NCBI GenBank assembly: GCA_964459075.1
Contig: CAYWKE010000001.1
Coordinates: 4,626 to 68,625, forward strand
DNA: 64,000 nucleotides
Origin: an uncultured Candidatus Saccharibacteria bacterium
GTDB lineage: Bacteria > Patescibacteriota > Minisyncoccia > Phycocordibacterales > UBA12088
Direction: 5' to 3'
Part shown: in pieces, positions 48,660 through 56,503 of the stretch
Numbering within the stretch: position 1 is the first letter of the stretch
How the letters are laid out: the number at the start of each line of letters is the position of its first letter
Notes under the pieces: generated by a model
What the model was told of the DNA's origin: nothing
Databases searched by the model: none
Seen by the model: only the letters and a program-made list of their open reading frames with translations
Program-made: the position numbers and the translations under genes

Positions 48660-50564
48660 CTATCCGCTCCAGCAGAAGAGCATGATGGAAAAATCGGCGA
48701 GCTCGACGAGGCCTGAGAGATTGATGTCAGCAGCGAGGTCAGTCGTGTTCCAGTTGAAGAGGAGAATTGAGAAGTCGGTGAGATCGACGAGGGTGTCCTG
48801 ATTGATGTCAGCACGCTGACACTGATCCCCAACCGGGGCTTGTCCGACACCAATGGGTACTGGTGCGCTCTTGGCACTCTCAAGACCCTCTGCAGGCAAG
48901 CGCGCTCGCGCGAGCAGGTTGTAGGCACCCAGCGAAAGACCGTCGGTTGCGTACGTGAGCGTGTAGGCGCCCGTTCCCGCCGCGGTCGTCGTTGCGGTCG
49001 ATGCGCCTACGATGCGCCTCCCCTCTTGCTCGACGAACACCTCAAGGAGCGATTCGGCAGGAGCGTACCCCGACACACTGATCACGTCACCCGGATCGAT
49101 CTCGTCTTGATCGACCGATATCGTCGGGGGGATGACCACACCTGCGATCGCGTTCTCTGTGTCAGCGCGTAGCGTGATGGTGGTGTTGTAGGTACCGGAG
49201 CGCACTCCACTCGCGTCTTCTGCGTATACAGCGAAGGTGTACGTGCCGCGCTCAAGGCCTGTGACCTCGGTCGAGAAGGTCCCATCACTGCGCGCGGTGA
49301 GCGAACCCACCGAGTCCCCATCTTGCAGAACCGTGACGCGCGAACTGGGGTACGCCCACCCCGATAACGAGACCGATGCCTGTCTGAGGAATTCTCCACC
49401 GTCATCGCTGCCGCCACTACCGCTTCCACCGCCACCACCTCCCGAAGAGCTCCCTCCCGAGCCGCTCGTACCTGGGCCTGAGCCCGAACCACTAGTACCC
49501 CCGCCGGTTCCCGTGCCCGTGCCAGGACCATCCCCATCTCCGGTTCCACCACCGTCGCCACCCCCCGTACCACCGGTCGTTGAGCTGGTCGTTGAGGAGA
49601 ACGTCGTTGAACCGACCGAGCCGGTGGGCCCAGGCCCGATCGGCACAGCACCAATGGTGAAGCGAATAGGAAACTCGGACGTCTCGTTACCATTGAAGTC
49701 ACGACAGATACCAAAGAACTCGTACGTCGTTGTTGCAGCGACGATGAACGGGGGTGAACGGTGGTTGGGCGTGGTCGAAGCATTGTCCGCGATCATTGTG
49801 TAGGTCATGCTCGCGTAGGCGGTCGAGGATGCCTCATCGTACTTACAGATCGCGACATCGTCGGTCAAGAGTGAGAACTCGACCTCCTCGTTGATACCTG
49901 CGACCAGCTCATCAAGTGCCGGGCGCAGACCAAATACCACCGGCGGCTCATTGTCGATGAACCGCGCACCAGCCGTGACCTGCTCGATGATGTAGATCGC
50001 GGCAAGGGTCGTATCGATGGTCACGTCGCTTGCGTTTCTGGTCGCAACCGTCACCAAGACCGGCCCAGTACCCGGATTCACGAGCTGATCGCGTCCGGTG
50101 CCTCCGAAGGTTGCCGTTGTCCCCAACTCGATGCGCACCGTCTCACCTGCATTGAGGCCGAGCGTGGAGCCGAGGTTGAAGATGAGTCGGGTCGAGGAGC
50201 CGTACGTGAGATCTACCCCAACGGTCGATGTGCCCGGGGTCGAGGTAGCCAACACGCGGTCGGTGTAGTTGAGGAGCGAGGACGTGCCGGTGGTCGCTGT
50301 CGAGAAGTCGATGTCCGTGATATCGAACTCGCTCGGCATGAAGAGCCCGTTGCGAAAATCCACCACCACGTCGCCGCCCGGAGGAACCGCAGCGACCGTC
50401 GTAAACAGGATGCGGTGGTTTGCAGGGGTCTCGGGCGCTGAGGTGGAAATGAGGTCACTGACGAACTGGAGCCGGTCAGCGAGCGCCTGCGGCACCGCCC
50501 CGAAGAGTGTCAGCAACACGCAAAGCGTCACGCACGCCAGAACCAGACCCAGGAATGGTCGCAT
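48660..50564 (-). CDS. secreted protein: N-terminal beta domains + long Gly/Ser/Thr linker + Ig-like domains + C-terminal dockerin (paralog of 16207..17385 in its C-terminal half)
   Basis: ORF 48660..50693 trimmed to the ATG at 50562-50564 ('MRPFLGLVLACVTLCVLLTLFGAVPQALA', signal peptide). Linker 'TGGTGGGDGGGTGDGDGPGTGTGTGGGTSGSGSGPGTSGSGGSSSGGGGGGSGSGG'. C-terminus 'DINQDTLVDLTDFSILLFNWNTTDLAADINLSGLVELADFSIMLFCWSG'. Confidence 0.65.
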   Translation of the reverse strand: MRPFLGLVLACVTLCVLLTLFGAVPQALADRLQFVSDLISTSAPETPANHRILFTTVAAVPPGGDVVVDFRNGLFMPSEFDITDIDFSTATTGTSSLLNYTDRVLATSTPGTSTVGVDLTYGSSTRLIFNLGSTLGLNAGETVRIELGTTATFGGTGRDQLVNPGTGPVLVTVATRNASDVTIDTTLAAIYIIEQVTAGARFIDNEPPVVFGLRPALDELVAGINEEVEFSLLTDDVAICKYDEASSTAYASMTYTMIADNASTTPNHRSPPFIVAATTTYEFFGICRDFNGNETSEFPIRFTIGAVPIGPGPTGSVGSTTFSSTTSSTTGGTGGGDGGGTGDGDGPGTGTGTGGGTSGSGSGPGTSGSGGSSSGGGGGGSGSGGSDDGGEFLRQASVSLSGWAYPSSRVTVLQDGDSVGSLTARSDGTFSTEVTGLERGTYTFAVYAEDASGVRSGTYNTTITLRADTENAIAGVVIPPTISVDQDEIDPGDVISVSGYAPAESLLEVFVEQEGRRIVGASTATTTAAGTGAYTLTYATDGLSLGAYNLLARARLPAEGLESAKSAPVPIGVGQAPVGDQCQRADINQDTLVDLTDFSILLFNWNTTDLAADINLSGLVELADFSIMLFCWSG

Positions 50565-50571
50565 GTTCCCG

Positions 50572-51042
50572 TTATACCACGACCTTCCGCTCGCTCGCAG
50601 GGGAGCGCTGTGCAATACGTACGCGCATGTCCCGCCGGGTGCGACGCGCATCGAGGCGGAAGTTGAGCAGAATGAGCGAGAGCAGTGCCACACTCACCAG
50701 CGTGGTATAGAGGAGCGCGAAGGTGTTCCCTGCGTTGCCCGCCCGCGCCGGGAGTGGTGCAGGAGCATCGCGGGTCAGGGTCTGGAGCTCTGCCTCAGCT
50801 GCTGCGACCGCGCGCTCGCGCTCAGCAAGCTCACCCTCGCGGCGGGTGAGCTCAGCCGTGATCTGGTTGAGCTCGGTAGGAGCGACCGCGGCAGAGGTAC
50901 CGATCCCCGCTTGCTGCAGAGAGAGAGTCGAACGGGTAAGGGTCGTCCACGAGAAGGTGAGCGCGAGAGCGCACACGAGAGCGCCGACGAGAGCTAGCTC
51001 CCATCCACCCCGATTGTGCTGTACTCCGTGGTGGCGACGCAT
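50572..51042 (-). CDS. small two-TM protein with central coiled coil (hypothetical)
   Basis: ORF 50572..51288 trimmed to the ATG at 51040-51042 ('MRRHHGVQHNRGGWELALVGALVCALALTFSW...'), because the track start overlaps the upstream gene. Second TM 'FALLYTTLVSVALLSLILLNF'. Confidence 0.4.
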   Translation of the reverse strand: MRRHHGVQHNRGGWELALVGALVCALALTFSWTTLTRSTLSLQQAGIGTSAAVAPTELNQITAELTRREGELAERERAVAAAEAELQTLTRDAPAPLPARAGNAGNTFALLYTTLVSVALLSLILLNFRLDARRTRRDMRVRIAQRSPASERKVVV

Positions 51043-51056
51043 AGTATCACTATACC

Positions 51057-52160
51057 TCAGGAGAAGAAGAGGAAGATCCCCACGAGGACGAGAATGGTCA
51101 GTGACAGGAAGACGAGCATGACCGATGAGAGTCGTGAGGCGAAGGAGACCGGCGCAGGACCCTTCGCGCGGTAGCCGGCTTGCTTGAGCTGTGCACGCAC
51201 GTAGAGACGCGCACCACCCCACACGATGAGGAAGAACAGGAGCAGTCCGCCAAACGCGATACCGAGCTCCTTGGTCGGAATGACCCAAAAGCTGGTCTCA
51301 CGGGTGATGCTCTGCTTGCGGTCGACCCCGTAGGAGACGGTGATGCGTGCATCATAGCGTCCCAGGAAGAAGCCCTCCTCAGGTTCCCACGTTGTTTGGT
51401 AGCGACGCTCCCCGCCGGGCGAGGCCCCACCGCGCCCGCCTGGATTGACCTCGAGCTTGGCGACCTCATTGCCGAGCATGTCCTCAATGGTGAGGATGCC
51501 GACAGGCCGCTGGAGGACCGAGCCGGTGTTCTCCACGACCGTGGTGAAGATCGCAGGTGGGTACTGGTAGAGTGAGCGGTCAGTGGAGAACTGGGTGATC
51601 TTGAGATCCTCAACGATGTCACCATTGATCTGAATGTTCATGAGGGAGGCAACCTGGAACCCTATCCCAGCCCCCGAGCTCTGCACCCGATCGGCTTGAC
51701 GGTCGAGCACAATAGCTCCGAAGTGCCCTCCAGGGGGTGAATTTGCTGGCGGCGAGATCACGTACCCGATACTGTCGCTTTGCCCGGGTGCGAGGGTAAC
51801 CTGGGAGCGCGTGAGCGTCACCCACGAGGCGAGCGTGAGTCCCGTCTCATCATCGCCCGTGGCGAAGCGGGGCTTGCCATCGATGTCGGTCGACTCGACG
51901 TTGCGCGAGAAGAGGTAGTAGGTCTGGGTCTCATCACTGACGTTCGTGACCGTCACCTCGCCCGACAGCGTCTCCCCCGGATCGATACGTTCCTCGATCA
52001 GGGTCGGTTGCATCTGTGCACCGATCTGCTGGGCTTCTACTCGCTCAACACACGCCACGCCGAACGTGCACAGCGCAAGCAGGGCGATAGCGCCAACGCG
52101 CCAAGCCCACGCATGGGCGACGGTGCGAAACGCAAAGGGGGATTCGATCATACCTTCCAT
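51057..52160 (-). CDS. DUF916/DUF3324-like cell-surface protein with C-terminal TM anchor (paralog family B)
   Basis: The ORF-track start (52214) is a TTG. ATGs at 52158-52160 ('MEGMIESPF') and 52149-52151 are preferred. Signal 'AWAWRVGAIALLALCTFGVACVERVEA'. Ectodomain '...VTVTNVSDETQTYYLFSRNVESTDIDGKPRFATGDD...LAPGQSDSIGYVISPPANSPPGGHFGAIVL'. C-terminal TM 'FGGLLLFFLIVWGGARLYV' plus a second hydrophobic segment. Confidence 0.55.
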   Translation of the reverse strand: MEGMIESPFAFRTVAHAWAWRVGAIALLALCTFGVACVERVEAQQIGAQMQPTLIEERIDPGETLSGEVTVTNVSDETQTYYLFSRNVESTDIDGKPRFATGDDETGLTLASWVTLTRSQVTLAPGQSDSIGYVISPPANSPPGGHFGAIVLDRQADRVQSSGAGIGFQVASLMNIQINGDIVEDLKITQFSTDRSLYQYPPAIFTTVVENTGSVLQRPVGILTIEDMLGNEVAKLEVNPGGRGGASPGGERRYQTTWEPEEGFFLGRYDARITVSYGVDRKQSITRETSFWVIPTKELGIAFGGLLLFFLIVWGGARLYVRAQLKQAGYRAKGPAPVSFASRLSSVMLVFLSLTILVLVGIFLFFS

Positions 52161-52276
52161 ATAGTTAGGGACAATATGCTCGCCAGTGTACCCCAGGTCA
52201 ACAACTCGTACCAAGTGGCGCTATACACAAAGACCCGCACGTGTGCGGGTCTGTGTGTCATAAGCGCCAAGCGTCT

Positions 52277-53470
52277 CTAGAAGACCGGAGTTGCAACGTA
52301 CGTAAGTGTTGCAGTGTAGTCGTCTGCTGCTTCCTGCAGCGTTCCGATCTCGATCTTGTAGCCAACGCGTGTGAAGCTCTCCCCTGAGACAGGTGCCGAC
52401 GTGTAGCTGACCGCTTCACTGTTATAGAACACCTCTACCGGGTTGTTCACGAAGTTACCGACGTAACTCGAGGTTCCAACACCGCCAAAGTCAAGCGCGG
52501 TGCCCACATCGTCGTCATCCGAGGTCAAACCCCAGTGACCATACGTGTTGGGTACACCAAAGTTGTTGAGGGGATTCGCCCAGGGCGTACCTACCGGGAC
52601 CTCAGAGCCGTTGTTGAACGGATCGATGGTCGCTGTGTTACCTGCCGTCAGCGTTTGATCCGCCTCGACCGTCACCGTGAAGCCGTTGAGGGCATTGGTG
52701 TCGATCCTGAGCTCCTGCGCGAGGAACCTCGGCTGATTCGTTTGCAAGATGCCGAAGGCAACCGAAGTTGCTGTTGTGGATGCGTACGTCGCGAGAGGCT
52801 CATCGTTGACCGTTGTGCCTGAGGCAACACCAGCGATGGTGAAGGTGAGAATGGTCTCGACCTCTGCGGTCACAGTAACGTCGTCGATGACCGCAACGCG
52901 GGTATCGCCCGAGTCTGCCATGGTCCCAGCGACCTCGATGACGTACGAGTCTGCGACGTTGGGATTGGCGATATAATTGCCGTTCCCTCCGACCACGATC
53001 TGTACGACCGTGCCGGTCGCGATCTCGTCAGGTGGCGTATCTGAGGGACACACCGTGAGTTCAACGGTGTCTGTGACGTTATCAACATCGCTCACGTACA
53101 TCTGGTTCGTTACGCCGTTGTTACACGCAAGGTCGTTCGCGATCTGCGTGATACCTCCTCCCGGTACAGATGCTACCGTCACATCTGAGGTCGAAAGAGA
53201 CCCGAAGTCGAAGTCGAGGTCTCCGTCGACGGGATCGAAGGTGATCACTATCGTCTCACCTGCGTTGATCGCGCTCGAAAGCTCGAACTGGATCGTGTGC
53301 GTTGCCGTCGCGCCCAGATCGGAATCTGAGATCGTGTCGGTCACGTCAATGAGCGCTGCGGCGTCTGCCGTGTGGATCCAGTTGGGCAGGCCAAGCGACC
53401 AAGCGAGTAATGCCGCAATGACCGCAAGGACCAATGCCTTGGAGCGGAACTGCGAAAGATCTGTCGTCAT
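52277..53470 (-). CDS. secreted surface protein with WxL-like C-terminal domain
   Basis: 397 aa. Signal 'ALVLAVIAALLAWSLGLPNWIHTADAAA'. C-terminal ~110 aa: 'TYGHWGLTSDDDD...DYTATLTYVATPVF'. Gene 56504.. has the same arrangement (a W-G-L/Y motif about 70 aa before a '(D/Q)Y(T/S)xx(L/I)xY(V/I)xxP(V/T)F' end). Confidence 0.5.
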   Translation of the reverse strand: MTTDLSQFRSKALVLAVIAALLAWSLGLPNWIHTADAAALIDVTDTISDSDLGATATHTIQFELSSAINAGETIVITFDPVDGDLDFDFGSLSTSDVTVASVPGGGITQIANDLACNNGVTNQMYVSDVDNVTDTVELTVCPSDTPPDEIATGTVVQIVVGGNGNYIANPNVADSYVIEVAGTMADSGDTRVAVIDDVTVTAEVETILTFTIAGVASGTTVNDEPLATYASTTATSVAFGILQTNQPRFLAQELRIDTNALNGFTVTVEADQTLTAGNTATIDPFNNGSEVPVGTPWANPLNNFGVPNTYGHWGLTSDDDDVGTALDFGGVGTSSYVGNFVNNPVEVFYNSEAVSYTSAPVSGESFTRVGYKIEIGTLQEAADDYTATLTYVATPVF

Positions 53471-53506
53471 GCGTAAAATGCTAGCTAGCGTTTCACTTGT
53501 AATAGC

Positions 53507-53526
53507 GAGTTCGCAGCGGCGAACTC
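53507..53526 (-). promoter_or_regulatory. hairpin in the putative 5' leader of gene 52277..53470
   Basis: 8-bp inverted repeat GAGTTCGC/GCGAACTC with loop AGCG, 37 nt upstream of the ATG at 53470. A TATACT element lies further upstream at 53652-53657. Confidence 0.3.
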
Positions 53527-53711
53527 ATGACGAGCGTGATCGACCTCCCAGCGAGGTACGCACCACCGATTACTGAGCAAAGCCCGTTGGGATATCGAGG
53601 TTTGCTTGATGGGGCGCGGGTTCAATCGCTGAAGTATCAAGCTCACAAATTAGTATACGTCCACATGACGCTGTGTGAGAACACGCGCTTGTGGATAACG
53701 CAACTCTGTGG

Positions 53712-55211
53712 TCAGGGGAGGTCGCCCGCCGCTGCAGGCACGAAGCGTCCATCGGGTTCTTGGATCTCTATCTCAAAGTCACGCGAGGGTGCGAAGACCT
53801 CACTGAAAAAGTGTACGCCTGCGATGAAGGTGATCCCGAGGAGAATGAGGAAGAGGAAGAAGTAGCGATACGTCACGAGGAACGTCGCGAAGGAGAGGTC
53901 GGGCTCGTGCGTGTGCTGCGCTTGGTGCTGTGCCGCGCGCTGCGCCCGTGTCGAGCTCGGTTCGCTCCTGATGCCTTCGTGCTTCTTGTAAGGCGCGTGC
54001 TCCACCCTCGCCGCTTCCCCATCTTGGTGCACATCACGTGCACCGAGTGAGCGCCTGAGGTCGACCGCGCCTTGGGTCAAGGGGCGCACGAGGGTTCCCA
54101 GCCGCAGCGATGGCTTGGTGTGCGGCTCCGCGTGCTCCGGTGTGTGTGGTGCCGGTTGTGCTACTCCTGCACGCTCTTCGTGCGTAGGCTTTTTCTCATC
54201 CTGCCGAGGAAGCGTAGGAATACCCAGCCGCTGTGCCTCAAGCCGCAGAGCTCGCCGCACGTACATCCGCACCAGCCACACCAACAGCACGAGTGCGAGA
54301 AGTATGCCACCTCCCACACGCACGATGTCCCATACCGGGACGATCCAGAAGATCGCCTCGCGCGTGACGCTGTGCTTCTCTCCCGAGCCGTAGGAGATGG
54401 TTGCAATGGCTCGGTAGCGCCCGAAATCGTACGTGCTGTCACTTCCCTGCCACGAGAAGGTGAACCGGCGGGTCTGCTCAGGGAGGACGTTGCCGAAGTT
54501 CGTCGCCTGGTTTATGGCTATCTGGCCTCGCTCTTGCCCCCACATGTTCTCAATGGTGATGATGCCTTGAGGACGCAGGTGGACATTCCCCGTATTCTGG
54601 AAGCGCATGGTGAATGACGCAGCTGCTTCGGGAGCAATGAAGGGCTCGGCAAAGAAATCGCGAATGAGGCCGCGCTCCTCGACCTCGCCCGCAACGCGCA
54701 TGAGGATGAGTGACGCGACCGAGCTCGTGATGGTGACCTCCCCGCCTTGGGTGGGCTCAGGGGGCTCGGTCGCGACCAGCAGTGAGGCATAGTGGCCACC
54801 CGGCGAGGCGTCCTCGGGAACCACGATGGAGAACGGTATCCGCTCGGTCGAACCGGGCGGCACCGTGATCTGGCCACTCCCGATGAGGATCCACTCTGGG
54901 AGCGTGAGCCCCCCAGAGCTCTCAGGAGCCGGCACGAGCCGGGGCCGACCGAACTCGTCCTGAGCCTCGAACCCCACTGGCGTGACGTAGAGCGTGAGGG
55001 GGTAATTGTTGCTGTTGACGATAGCAAGCGAGCTCGACCAGGTCTCTCCGGGCGAAACTGACACTTGGTAGAGCGGTGGCGTGACCGTCAGCGCGAGGGT
55101 CTCTCCACTTGTCTGCGCCCCTCCCCAGAGAGGTACCAGCAGACTAAGCGCGAGCAGTGCGGTGAGAGCGAGCCTACGAACGCTTGGAAAGGTGTACGAC
55201 ATGGTGGGCAT
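53712..55211 (-). CDS. DUF916/DUF3324-like cell-surface protein, C-terminal TM anchor with long His/Arg/Pro-rich cytoplasmic tail (paralog family B)
   Basis: ORF 53712..55379 trimmed to the ATG at 55209-55211 ('MPTMSYTFPSVRRLALTALLALSLLVPLWGGAQT', signal peptide). Ectodomain 'LYQVSVSPGETWSSSLAIVNSNNYPLTLYVTPVGFEAQDEFGRPRLVPAP...ITVPPGSTERIPFSIVVPEDASPGGHYASLLVATEPP'. TM 'GGGILLALVLLVWLV'. A second hydrophobic helix 'YFFLFLILLGITFIAGVHFF' lies near the C-terminus. Confidence 0.55.
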   Translation of the reverse strand: MPTMSYTFPSVRRLALTALLALSLLVPLWGGAQTSGETLALTVTPPLYQVSVSPGETWSSSLAIVNSNNYPLTLYVTPVGFEAQDEFGRPRLVPAPESSGGLTLPEWILIGSGQITVPPGSTERIPFSIVVPEDASPGGHYASLLVATEPPEPTQGGEVTITSSVASLILMRVAGEVEERGLIRDFFAEPFIAPEAAASFTMRFQNTGNVHLRPQGIITIENMWGQERGQIAINQATNFGNVLPEQTRRFTFSWQGSDSTYDFGRYRAIATISYGSGEKHSVTREAIFWIVPVWDIVRVGGGILLALVLLVWLVRMYVRRALRLEAQRLGIPTLPRQDEKKPTHEERAGVAQPAPHTPEHAEPHTKPSLRLGTLVRPLTQGAVDLRRSLGARDVHQDGEAARVEHAPYKKHEGIRSEPSSTRAQRAAQHQAQHTHEPDLSFATFLVTYRYFFLFLILLGITFIAGVHFFSEVFAPSRDFEIEIQEPDGRFVPAAAGDLP

Positions 55212-56433
55212 CTGATGGTGGCGCGGACCTGCCCAGAGCGACGGTGTGTACACCGTCAGCGGGTCCCGTACGCTTGTTCGTTTCTGTGCGGCGGACAAGG
55301 TGTTCAGGCGTCGAGGCGCGCACTGGTGTGCGTCCCGTGAGTGCAACGGGCGGGGGTGCAGCAGGTGTCTGTGGTGCACGAGTTGGCGAGAGCGCTACGT
55401 GATGTTCACGGGGTAGTGGCGCAGGAGCCACCGACGCGCCATCCTCCCAGGGTGAAGCGTACTCACCCCCCGCATCCTGCTCGTCATCCTCATCGTACCC
55501 GTAGGAGCGCGGAGACGCTGCCCCAGCGTAGGCAAAGCGGTACGTCAGCTTGAGGTGAACGAGGTAGGTGACCGAACCGATCAGGACCAGCAAGAGGAAG
55601 AATCCGATCATGACCTCGCGCCACGGGAAGACCCAGAAGTACACCGTGTCCTGTACGGTGCCGGTCTGTCCGTACTCGACATCGAGGAACGCCTTGTACT
55701 TCCCGAAGCGACCAGAGGCATCCCAGGCGCTTGCAAGGTGCTGCCGTGAATTGGGCGCGATCGAGGAACCTTGCTCATTCGCTGAGAGGGTGGCCACCTC
55801 CTGGCCACGGCGATTGTAGATACGGATCTCCCCACGAGGGATGAGGGTGCGGTTGCCAACGTTCTCAAGGTTGTAGGTGAATGTCGCGGTGGTGCCCGAG
55901 AAGATCTGCTCGTCGGGGAGGAACATGGAGAGCTGTAGGCGCTCCCGCGCATCGTCCTCGACCTCGACCGTCAGCACGATCTCCTCAAGATCCTTACTCC
56001 CTTGAGCAAGGACGCGATTACTACCGGCGCCAAAGGTCAGGAGTGCGTGGTAGATGCCGGGGCGTGCTTTGAGGTTGATGTGGATGAGGTAGGGCACCTG
56101 CACGCTCTCTTGCGGCTCGAGCTCGATCACACCGCGCGATATCTCGAACCAGTTCGCGAGTGATCCCTCCTTGTTCGCGCCTGGGGGAAGCTGCTCTGAG
56201 TCCGGCCCTGCGGCGGGATCAAAATCGTAGACACTTGCGTACAGACCGATCTTGCGCTCGGTCGTGTTCGTGATGGTGAGCGTGCCCTTGATGATGTCAC
56301 GAGGCTTCCCCTTCTCGTTGAGAATGAGAGGTGCCACGGTGAAGCTGGTCGCTGCCACGGCGGCATGGGGAGCGGACAGGCCCACAAGCACGCCCGCCAG
56401 TACGAGGGTCGCCAGAAAACGCATACTGCTCAT
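55174..56433 (-). CDS. DUF916/DUF3324-like cell-surface protein with C-terminal TM anchor and Pro-rich tail (paralog family B)
   Basis: ORF 55174..56697 trimmed to the ATG at 56431-56433 ('MSSMRFLATLVLAGVLVGLSAPHAAVAATSF', signal peptide). Ectodomain '...GTLTITNTTERKIGLYASVYDFDPAAGPDSEQLPPGAN...LEPQESVQVPYLIHINLKARPGIYHALLTF'. TM 'VMIGFFLLLVLIGSVTYLV'. The 3' end overlaps the next gene by ~37 nt. Confidence 0.55.
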   Translation of the reverse strand: MSSMRFLATLVLAGVLVGLSAPHAAVAATSFTVAPLILNEKGKPRDIIKGTLTITNTTERKIGLYASVYDFDPAAGPDSEQLPPGANKEGSLANWFEISRGVIELEPQESVQVPYLIHINLKARPGIYHALLTFGAGSNRVLAQGSKDLEEIVLTVEVEDDARERLQLSMFLPDEQIFSGTTATFTYNLENVGNRTLIPRGEIRIYNRRGQEVATLSANEQGSSIAPNSRQHLASAWDASGRFGKYKAFLDVEYGQTGTVQDTVYFWVFPWREVMIGFFLLLVLIGSVTYLVHLKLTYRFAYAGAASPRSYGYDEDDEQDAGGEYASPWEDGASVAPAPLPREHHVALSPTRAPQTPAAPPPVALTGRTPVRASTPEHLVRRTETNKRTGPADGVHTVALGRSAPPSDAHHVVHLSKRS

Positions 56434-56503
56434 TGTACGGGTGATACAGGTGGCGCGAAAGGGATGGTCGTGCATAACGGTAAGAACAAAAAGGAACAAA
56501 AAG

